64,000 nt of DNA from an uncultured Christensenella sp. (GTDB lineage: Bacteria; Bacillota; Clostridia; Christensenellales; UBA3700), in assembly GCA_910577845.1 (NCBI GenBank), contig CAJTNA010000006.1, forward strand, positions 6,625 through 70,624, read 5' to 3'. The notes below the pieces were generated by a model. That model did no database searches. It was not told where the DNA came from and was given only the letters and a program-made list of their open reading frames with translations. Position 1 is the first letter of the stretch, and each line of letters opens with the position of its first letter. Both the position numbers and the translations under genes were made by a program. Positions 56,451 to 64,000 of this stretch are shown here, piece by piece.

Positions 56451-59261
56451 ATGAAAAAATTTACTAAAGTATTTTTTGTAATATGCTTAATGTTGGCACT
56501 TGTTGCATCGCTTGTAGCTTGTGCAACATCTGGAACACAAGGCAAGGATGACCAAGGTAGGTTTATACTGGCCACTCCAAAGGTGGAACTTGATGGTGGT
56601 ATAGTTACTTGGAGCAAAGTAAGATATTGCGAAAAATATGGTGTTAAAATAAATGACGAGGAAGAATTTGAAACTACTAGTAGAATGTATTCTATAGGTG
56701 GTGAGAGTAATGCTACAATTAAGGTTCGTGCGATTGGTGATAATGTTAAAACTGTAAGCAGTGATTATTGTGAGCCTATTGGTTATTCAGCAAAAGGTAG
56801 ATTAGATACACCTACAAATCTTGAACTAAAAGTTACAGAAAGCAGTCTGGTGTTGACTTGGGATTCTGTTGATGGTGCTGCAACTTACAAAGTGAAAGAA
56901 ATTCACAACGCAGATAGTGCTAATATTACACATACAACATCTACAAATTCTTTGGAAATTGCAATTACAAGTGTAAATTCACCAAATATCTATAGGTTTA
57001 CAGTAAGAGCGGAAAGCACTAATAGTTTTTACTCTGCATATTCAGAGGAACAAAGATATGAGGTTAAGGAAAAATTAGAAACTCCTAAAGTTGTGCTTAA
57101 AGACACTATTACTTGGAATGAGGTTGCTTCTGCTACCAATTATAGGGTTTACTTGCAAAAAATTGGTGATTCTGTTGTTGGTGAAGATATGTTTTTGGTA
57201 ACTACCTTGTCTAGCGGTTCAAGGTCTTATAATGAGGGCAACTTGAGTAGTGCAATTACTAGTTACAAAAAAGATTGGGAAAAGAGAAATGAGGGCAAAA
57301 CTTTTGATATAAGTGGTGATTACAAATTGTTTATTCAAGCAATTCATCGTGACCACCCAGAAATTTATCTTGATTCTGAACTAGCTGAAGTTAAGAAAGG
57401 TGAAGAGAGTGGAGAGGCTGTAACATTTAAAAAGCCTAGTAAAATTCAAGGTATTAATATAAAAACTGAAACTATTGGTGCAGATGATAATGTTGATATG
57501 TTAATTTGGGACAAATTAGACGATTGTAATAATTATAGAATAACTTTCTATAGTAATGATTCATCTGTGGCAAGTTCCGATAAAACATTAACTACTGAAG
57601 AGGGCGAAACTAAGTTAGATATAACTACTAAATTTAAAGGTGACCCTTCACATATAGGAAAGGTAATGAATATCTCAATTTATGCTATAGCAGATTTTGC
57701 TAATGGTGTACTTGTAGGTGAGGAAACTTTCTATATGGATGTGGATAATCCTGAGGTTAAAGTTGAGTATATTCCTAAAATTGTAACTGGACTTGGTACA
57801 GAAGAGAATAATAATGATTTTAAGGGGTACAAAAAGATAGAAAATCTTGGCGGTTTGCTTTATATGATGGAACACCCAGTAGCTGGTGAAAAGTATTTTT
57901 TGGCTAATGACATTGATGGCGGTAATTGTAATTTCTATGTCAATGTTGGTGCTTTCAATGCCTTGTTTGACGGAAATAATAATATAATAAAAAATATTAA
58001 CTTTATTGTTAAAGATAGTACAGCTGGTGTAAGTCTGTTTACTGAAATAGCTAGTGGTGCAGAATTTAAAAATGTAACATTTAATGATATTAAAATAACT
58101 TGTGACGAAAATAAAAAATACGAATATGTTGCATTGCTTGCAAAAACAAATAATGGCACAATCAAAAATGTTTTCTTAATAAATAGTAATTTTGAGACAA
58201 ATTGTAATACAGCTGGTTTTGTTATTAACAATGCAGGTAGTATATCTGGTGCAGGCTTTTTGGATACTGACATCACTGCAACAGGCTTTGCAGATAGTGA
58301 GACAGAAAGTTCAAGATTAGGTGCTGGTTCAGTTTGCGATGTTGCTGGTATTGCAATCAATAATACTGGTACTATATTCAACGCAAGTGTATACTCATCA
58401 CAAATTATTGCAGAGTCTTTGCTTGTAGATGTAAAAGCTGGTGGCATTGCGGTTAATAATAGTGGAAACATTACTAATAGCTTTTTACGCAAGTGTTTGG
58501 TTAAGGCTGAAACTACTGCATCAACTGAAAGTCAAGTAAGTTCAATAGCAGGTGGCATAGTAGCTATAAATAGTGGTTTGATTTCTGATTGTTATGTAGA
58601 AAATGATGGTACAAGTTCAAGGACTGTAGTTGCTACAACTGGTATTAATGGTCAAGCGGATAGATATGCTATTGCTGGTGGTATTGTTGGTAGGATGATT
58701 GGCGGTGAAATCAAAGCTTGTTATGTATACAGAGTTGCTATCAATGCGACTAGGAGAGTTGGTGGTTTGGTTGCGGAAGTTCCAAGTGCGGAGTTAGGCA
58801 ATGTTAAAATTACAAATTGTTATGTATTAAGGGTTGGTTTTAGCACTGCACAAGAAAGAGCAATGATTTTAGCTGATAAATTAGCCGATGGAAATGTTGA
58901 GAATGTTTATTGTGTATTGCTTGACTATACAAGTATAGATACAAGTAATGCAATAGTGGTAGAATTGTCAAAATTATCTGAACTTAATATTGATGGATTT
59001 ATTTATGACGCTAATTACTCAGAGCGTTTGAGTTTGAAAAATATGCTATACGCAAAGAAATATTCGGTAGATTATTCAAAAGGTGCTAACAGAGATAGAG
59101 ACCTTGTATATGCAGTAGAAAATCTTAACGGAACAAAAGCGTTATTTGAGTGTGATTTAACAAGTTCAGGTAAGAAAGTTGATATTTACTCATATACGAT
59201 AAATAGTGGAACAGATTATGCACAAGAAATTATCTTGCCTATTTATGTAAATGTTAAATAA
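56451..59261 (+). CDS. large surface lipoprotein with Fn3-like repeats and C-terminal GLUG-motif repeats
   Basis: 936 aa. Signal peptide with the lipobox LVAC. Repeated ~90-aa units beginning L.TP.. ...W..V.GA..Y.V. The C-terminal half has reiterated (A/V)GG(I/L)V/A...G.I..C(Y/F) units, which are GLUG-like. Confidence 0.6.
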   Translation: MKKFTKVFFVICLMLALVASLVACATSGTQGKDDQGRFILATPKVELDGGIVTWSKVRYCEKYGVKINDEEEFETTSRMYSIGGESNATIKVRAIGDNVKTVSSDYCEPIGYSAKGRLDTPTNLELKVTESSLVLTWDSVDGAATYKVKEIHNADSANITHTTSTNSLEIAITSVNSPNIYRFTVRAESTNSFYSAYSEEQRYEVKEKLETPKVVLKDTITWNEVASATNYRVYLQKIGDSVVGEDMFLVTTLSSGSRSYNEGNLSSAITSYKKDWEKRNEGKTFDISGDYKLFIQAIHRDHPEIYLDSELAEVKKGEESGEAVTFKKPSKIQGINIKTETIGADDNVDMLIWDKLDDCNNYRITFYSNDSSVASSDKTLTTEEGETKLDITTKFKGDPSHIGKVMNISIYAIADFANGVLVGEETFYMDVDNPEVKVEYIPKIVTGLGTEENNNDFKGYKKIENLGGLLYMMEHPVAGEKYFLANDIDGGNCNFYVNVGAFNALFDGNNNIIKNINFIVKDSTAGVSLFTEIASGAEFKNVTFNDIKITCDENKKYEYVALLAKTNNGTIKNVFLINSNFETNCNTAGFVINNAGSISGAGFLDTDITATGFADSETESSRLGAGSVCDVAGIAINNTGTIFNASVYSSQIIAESLLVDVKAGGIAVNNSGNITNSFLRKCLVKAETTASTESQVSSIAGGIVAINSGLISDCYVENDGTSSRTVVATTGINGQADRYAIAGGIVGRMIGGEIKACYVYRVAINATRRVGGLVAEVPSAELGNVKITNCYVLRVGFSTAQERAMILADKLADGNVENVYCVLLDYTSIDTSNAIVVELSKLSELNIDGFIYDANYSERLSLKNMLYAKKYSVDYSKGANRDRDLVYAVENLNGTKALFECDLTSSGKKVDIYSYTINSGTDYAQEIILPIYVNVK

Positions 59262-59263
59262 CT

Positions 59264-60100
59264 TTGGGGTGTACAATGAGTGAATGTAATGGAAATTGTT
59301 CAAGTTGTGGGCAAAAAGGCAATTGTGATAGCGAGCTTAAAAAGCTTGAACAAAACAAAAATAGTAAAATTAAAAAGGTAATAGGTATTGTTAGTGGAAA
59401 AGGTGGCGTAGGTAAGTCACTTACCACAGCTAGTATGGCTTGTGCGTTTAGGGCAAAAGGTTTTAATACTGCTATAATTGATGGTGACATTACTGGTGCT
59501 TCTATTCCAAATATTTTTGGACTAGAAAGTGGCATTGCCAGTGATGGTGAAAGTATGATTCCAGCTGTTACAAAAACAGGTATAAAAGCTATAAGTATTA
59601 ATTTATTATTAGAAACTCCAGATAGCCCTGTGGTATGGCGTGGTTCAATGTTATCTAATGTGTTAAAGCAGTTTTGGACTGATGTGCATTGGGGTGAAAT
59701 TGATTATATGTTTATTGATATGCCACCAGGAACAGGCGATATTCCATTGACGGCGTTTCAATCATTGCCTATTGATGGTATTGTAATAGTTACATCCCCA
59801 CAAGATTTGGTATCAATGATTGTTAAAAAAGCCTATAATATGGCAAAACTAATGAATATTCCTATACTTGGTATTGTGGAGAATATGAGCTATATTGAGT
59901 GTGGAGATTGTGGCAAAAAAATCTATCCATTTGGTGAGGGCAAAGCTGATAAGGTCGCAGAGGAATTAGGCGTTCCATTGCTTGCAAAAATTCCTATTAA
60001 TCCAGCTATCGCTAAAGCTTGTGATAATGGTAGTATTGAGGATATCGTTAATCCCGATTACCAACAAGCTGTGGATATGATTATTAAGATTTTAAAGTAA
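59264..60100 (+). CDS. mrp: Mrp/NBP35 (ApbC) family Fe-S cluster carrier ATPase
   Basis: 278 aa. Deviant Walker A SGKGGVGKS. Conserved CGxC pair (ECGDCGKK). Cys-rich N-terminus CNGNCSSCGQKGNC. Confidence 0.85.
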   Translation: MGCTMSECNGNCSSCGQKGNCDSELKKLEQNKNSKIKKVIGIVSGKGGVGKSLTTASMACAFRAKGFNTAIIDGDITGASIPNIFGLESGIASDGESMIPAVTKTGIKAISINLLLETPDSPVVWRGSMLSNVLKQFWTDVHWGEIDYMFIDMPPGTGDIPLTAFQSLPIDGIVIVTSPQDLVSMIVKKAYNMAKLMNIPILGIVENMSYIECGDCGKKIYPFGEGKADKVAEELGVPLLAKIPINPAIAKACDNGSIEDIVNPDYQQAVDMIIKILK

Positions 60101-60106
60101 TAAATC

Positions 60107-60146
60107 TTAGCCGAAGACTTAAATTGTCCTCGGCTAATTTTGCTTT
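60107..60146 (+). terminator. rho-independent terminator after mrp
   Basis: Stem TTAGCCGAAGAC / GTCCTCGGCTAA (one mismatch) followed by TTTTGCTTTT. Confidence 0.7.
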
Positions 60147-60372
60147 TATTAAAAAATAGCAAATTTAGCTCTTAATGTATAAAATATTTATATGTAAGTT
60201 TGATTGGGGCACTTATTAAGCTTTTAATGAGTGAATTGCTAGCAACATTTTACTGTTACATAAAAAGTTGTTATAAATTTTAAAATAAATATCAATTTAT
60301 AATTTGTTAAATAGTTTTAGTGAAAAGTGTTTAACAAAATTTTATCAAGTATAATATGTCAAAAGGTGAATT

Positions 60373-62943
60373 ATGAAAAAACAAAAAGAAAGACAGCCTT
60401 TAACTTTAAAAGACGTAGATATAACTACAGGTCTTATTGATGAGCAAATTGCAGAGAGAAAACAAAAGGGTTATGTTAACAATGTTAAAATAGGAAGTTC
60501 TAAATCCTATTTTAGTATTATTGCTGGTAATATTTTTACATTTTTCAACTTGATTTGCTTTTTGGTTTTTATTTGGTTGATTACTGTAATTGAGGATTTT
60601 AACGGGGTTAAAAACCTTACATTTATGTTGATTATAAGTGCAAATATAATAATTGGTATTGCACAAGAAATTAGAGCAAAACTTACGATGGATAAACTAT
60701 CACTTTTATCATCACCAGATGTAAATGCTTTTAGAAATGGCGGTGAGGTTAAAATCAAGCTTAATGAGATTTTACTTGGCGAAATTATCCATTTAAAAAC
60801 TGGGGCTCAAGTTTGTTCTGACAGCATTATTCGTGAGGGCGAAGTTGAGGTTAATGAGGCATTATTGACTGGAGAATCTCAAGCGATTAAAAAGACTGTT
60901 GGAGATACATTATTATCTGGAAGTTTTATAGTAAGTGGCAGTTGTGTTGCAGAAGTTGACCATATCGCAGAGGATAACTATATCCAAAAGCTTGCTATGG
61001 ACGCAAAGAAATTTAAAAAGGTAGATTCAGAGCTGTTACATTCTTTAAAGTTTATATTCAAAGTTATCTCAATTGTAATTTTTCCATTGGCAATTGGTGG
61101 CTTTTTCACTAATTGGAATGATGCGTTAATGGATATTGCAATATCAAAAGGGCTTGCCTTTAAGGATACTTTATTTTATGCTATTGGTCATTTAGGCAGT
61201 TTTAGCGGTGGGGAATTGTATTCTGCATATAGACTAGCCGTAACTCCTACAAGTACAGCTATTATTGGTATGATACCAGCTGGGCTATTCTTGTTGACAT
61301 CTGTTGCTTTAGCAGTAGGAGTGGTAAGACTAGCAAAACAAAAGGCGTTAGTTCAACAGCTATATTCAATTGAAACTTTGGCGAGAGTAGATATGCTTTG
61401 CCTAGATAAAACTGGTACTATCACTGATGGTACAATGAGTGTTAGGAAAATTGAATGTGCAAAAATTCCAGAAGAAGAAATTAATAAAATTATATCCAGT
61501 ATGCAGTTTGCATTGGGTGAAAGTAATCAAACAGCAGATGCTTTGATAAAGTATTTTGGTAAAGAGGAATTTATGCAAGCAACAAGCGTAATTCATTTTT
61601 CATCCGAGCGTAAATGTACTGCCGTAAAGTTTAAAGATGAGGCTTTGTATGTGCTTGGTGCACCAGAATATGCTACCGATATGCTTAACAAAAATATCCA
61701 AGATGTTATTGAGGAAAACTCAAAACTAGGTTTTAGATGTTTATTGTTATGTAAAAATGGTATGGCAACAGATAATATTGAGGTTATTCCTACTAGAAAT
61801 ACACCAATTGCAGTCATTGTTATTGAGGATAATATCAAGGCAGATGCCCCAGAAATTATAGCCTATTTTAAAGAAAATGGTGTTGATGTACGAGTAATAA
61901 GTGGAGACAATCCAGTAACAGTTAGTGAAGTTGCAAGACGTGTAGGAATTAACAATGCTGAGAAATACATCAATTTGCATAATATGACTGATGAGGAAAT
62001 TCGAGAAGTTGCAATGGATTACACTGTTTTTGGTAGAGTTAATCCGGCACAAAAAAAGTTGCTAGTGCAAATTTTTAAAGAGAATAATCATATAGTTGCT
62101 ATGACGGGTGATGGAATTAATGACATTTTAGCACTTAAGGAAGCTAATTGCTCTATTGCTATGGCAAATGGTTCTGAAGCTACTAGAAACGTTGCACAAA
62201 TTGTTTTGCTTGATAGTAACTTTGCAAGTATGCCTAAGGTTGTTGGCGAGGGTAGACGAGTCGTAAATAATATTGAGCGTGCTAGTGCATTATTTTTAAC
62301 AAAAACAGTATTCTCAATGCTTTTCCAAATTATGTTGATATTTATGGGTATTGAAATGCCTCTTGAACCAATTCATTTATCCTTTATCAGCTTTTTCAGT
62401 ATTGGTGTTCCATCATTTATTTTGGCACTTGAGCCAAATAATAGGAAAATTGATGGACGATTTATCGTCAATGTCAGCAAACGAGTTATACCAGCAGGCA
62501 TAGCTGTAGCGGTAAATGTTTTCATTTTAATGATATTGTCACAGGTGACTGGCGTTGTACAAATTCCAATTGAACAATTAAATACTGTTGTTTTGATTAG
62601 TGTTTACTTAACATTCTCAATAATTCTGTTTAATGTATGCAAGCCGTTTAATGCATTACGTATTATAATGTATGGAACAATGTTCACTCTCGCAATGCTT
62701 TGTATTATATTTATGCCTATGCTAAATGGCATAGCAGATGGAAAATATAATTTGTTTATGCTTGCACAAATCACTGATGCAACAGCTATATTTATGATTA
62801 TGTCCTTATTATTAATAACAATTTATACTATTAAAATTGGTAATTTTATAGCTGACCAATTTAAACTTGATAGCAAAGGTAAAGTATACTTTGATACAGA
62901 GATTATTAAGAGGGCAAAAGCACTATTTAAAAAGGAGAAATGA
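60373..62943 (+). CDS. cation-translocating P-type ATPase (HAD-IC family), substrate not assignable
   Basis: 856 aa. Phosphorylation motif CLDKTGTITDG, TGES, hinge MTGDGINDILALKEAN. About 10 TM helices. No heavy-metal-binding N-domain or CPC motif seen. Confidence 0.85.
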   Translation: MKKQKERQPLTLKDVDITTGLIDEQIAERKQKGYVNNVKIGSSKSYFSIIAGNIFTFFNLICFLVFIWLITVIEDFNGVKNLTFMLIISANIIIGIAQEIRAKLTMDKLSLLSSPDVNAFRNGGEVKIKLNEILLGEIIHLKTGAQVCSDSIIREGEVEVNEALLTGESQAIKKTVGDTLLSGSFIVSGSCVAEVDHIAEDNYIQKLAMDAKKFKKVDSELLHSLKFIFKVISIVIFPLAIGGFFTNWNDALMDIAISKGLAFKDTLFYAIGHLGSFSGGELYSAYRLAVTPTSTAIIGMIPAGLFLLTSVALAVGVVRLAKQKALVQQLYSIETLARVDMLCLDKTGTITDGTMSVRKIECAKIPEEEINKIISSMQFALGESNQTADALIKYFGKEEFMQATSVIHFSSERKCTAVKFKDEALYVLGAPEYATDMLNKNIQDVIEENSKLGFRCLLLCKNGMATDNIEVIPTRNTPIAVIVIEDNIKADAPEIIAYFKENGVDVRVISGDNPVTVSEVARRVGINNAEKYINLHNMTDEEIREVAMDYTVFGRVNPAQKKLLVQIFKENNHIVAMTGDGINDILALKEANCSIAMANGSEATRNVAQIVLLDSNFASMPKVVGEGRRVVNNIERASALFLTKTVFSMLFQIMLIFMGIEMPLEPIHLSFISFFSIGVPSFILALEPNNRKIDGRFIVNVSKRVIPAGIAVAVNVFILMILSQVTGVVQIPIEQLNTVVLISVYLTFSIILFNVCKPFNALRIIMYGTMFTLAMLCIIFMPMLNGIADGKYNLFMLAQITDATAIFMIMSLLLITIYTIKIGNFIADQFKLDSKGKVYFDTEIIKRAKALFKKEK

Positions 62944-63659
62944 TGTCTAGCATACTAACTGAGGAAATTGATAATATCTATCAATTTAAAGACAAAGATT
63001 GTTTTTTTAGGTCACATTTTAAAAAACTTTTAGCAAGTAATTATAAATACTATGGCATTAAAACAGCAGTACTGCACAAGGCTGCTGAAAGGATAGCTCA
63101 AAAACTTTCCCTAGAGGAAATGATGAAACTGGAACCGCTAGATTATGAGGAGCTAACTCTTTTAGGACTTGCAATAGTTTATAGTAATAGTCCTTTTGAG
63201 GAAAAATTAAAGGGTGTAGATTACTTTTTGTCAATTAATGACAATTGGGCAGCAAGCGATATTGTTGCAAATTCAATTAAAGTAAAAGACAAAGTCTTTT
63301 TTGACTATTTAGTAGGTTTGTTAGACAAAGATATTTGGCACGTAAAGTTTGCTATAAATGCTTTTATGTTCCATTATTTAAATGAAGAATTTTTAGACGA
63401 TGTTTTAAATGTGCTAGTTAAAGTAGATAGTGAAGATAATTTTGTAGTTAAAGCAGTTGCAAGTTTTTTGGCAGAGGCGTATTTGCAATATCCTCAGCAG
63501 ATTGTGGAATTTATAGATACTGCACCTATAACAATGAAGGCACTTAGGGCAATGCTAGTAAAAGTTAGATTATCTAAAAGAATACCAGAAGAAAATAAAG
63601 AACTTCTTGAAGAGATTTATAAGGATGTAATATGCAGAAGGGCGACATTATTGAAGTAA
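62940..63659 (+). CDS. DNA alkylation repair (AlkD-like HEAT-repeat) protein candidate
   Basis: 239 aa, all-helical. NDNWAASDIV segment resembles the conserved N-W-x-x-x-D of the family. Start overlaps the ATPase stop (ATGA). Confidence 0.5.
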   Translation: MMSSILTEEIDNIYQFKDKDCFFRSHFKKLLASNYKYYGIKTAVLHKAAERIAQKLSLEEMMKLEPLDYEELTLLGLAIVYSNSPFEEKLKGVDYFLSINDNWAASDIVANSIKVKDKVFFDYLVGLLDKDIWHVKFAINAFMFHYLNEEFLDDVLNVLVKVDSEDNFVVKAVASFLAEAYLQYPQQIVEFIDTAPITMKALRAMLVKVRLSKRIPEENKELLEEIYKDVICRRATLLK

Positions 63660-64000
63660 TAATTGAAAGTGTAGGGATGGACGGCGAAGGTGTTGCAAGG
63701 CAAGACGGGATAGTCGTTTTTATCCCTTTTACTTTATTTGGTGAAAAAGTAAAGTGTGAAGTAACATTTGTTAAAAAATCATTTGCAAAGGCAAAAGTTA
63801 TAAAATTACTTGAAGCGTCTATGGATAGAGTTCAACCATTATGCCCTCATTTTAGGCGTTGTGGCGGTTGTGATATGCAACATATTACATACGAAAAACA
63901 ACTGCAGATTAAAAGAGAAAATGTAGCCAATTGTTTACATAAATACGCAAGTTTGGATATAGATGTGTTGCCAGTTGTTCCGTCACCTGAAAATTATTAT
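63632..64000 (+). CDS. rlmD: 23S rRNA (uracil-5-)-methyltransferase RumA/RlmD family, 5' partial (runs off the window)
   Basis: ATG at 63632 overlaps the previous gene. My translation is MQKGDIIEVIIESVGMDGEGVARQDGIVVFIPFTLFGEKVKCEV... (TRAM domain), followed by the Fe-S Cys cluster CPHFRRCGGCDMQH. Confidence 0.75.
   Translation, partial: MQKGDIIEVIIESVGMDGEGVARQDGIVVFIPFTLFGEKVKCEVTFVKKSFAKAKVIKLLEASMDRVQPLCPHFRRCGGCDMQHITYEKQLQIKRENVANCLHKYASLDIDVLPVVPSPENYY

Noticed and set aside
1-64000. Searched for mobile-element hallmarks (transposase, integrase, recombinase, phage genes, tRNA attachment sites) and for known defence-system genes.
   Set aside because: None recognised. The DnaD/DnaI-like pair resembles the chromosomal dnaB-dnaI arrangement rather than a prophage replication module, since no phage genes flank it.

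Overview
This is a visibly AT-rich, Clostridia-like (spore-forming Firmicute) chromosomal window made up mostly of core housekeeping genes, nearly all on the + strand. In order:
- veg, a SipL-like DUF3794/LysM protein and ispE
- a SCIFF ribosomal peptide, missing from the ORF track, with its radical-SAM maturase
- secD and secF
- a Cys-type sulfatase
- a DUF1858 protein, fhs and glnS
- rpoB and rpoC
- a SAM-I riboswitch, then metK
- recD2, comF, secA, prfB and tsaD
- an array of four paralogous membrane proteins
- the str operon (rpsL, rpsG, fusA, tuf)
- a minus-strand envelope-modification locus: a GT8 glycosyltransferase, two inverted MprF-TM/flippase-like paralogs and a fused double O-acetyltransferase
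- a trpB-like gene, an ACT-domain protein and ilvN
- dnaD-like and dnaI-like genes
- two lipoproteins
- mrp, a P-type ATPase, an alkD-like gene and a partial rlmD

I saw no rRNA, tRNA, CRISPR array, transposase or integrase.

The signals most worth a second look:
1. A conserved, strand-biased ~19-nt motif (RTCAAAAATCGGTACTAWW). It recurs about 10 times, mostly just upstream of start codons, but also inside two coding regions.
2. Twin 29-37 bp palindromic operators around a consensus promoter. They lie in a segment bracketed by inverted paralogous genes, so the segment may be invertible.
3. A six-module TM/beta-domain/TM paralog array.
4. A ~110-nt repeat that flanks the str operon on both sides, next to a decayed relic of the SCIFF maturase gene.
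5. A SAM riboswitch that abuts the rpoC stop codon and sits ~460 nt from metK.
6. Repeated acidic (D/E)(L/M)F-x-(I/L/F)G motifs on the C-terminal tails of both RpoB and RpoC.

All functional calls come from motif recognition by eye. No database search was run.
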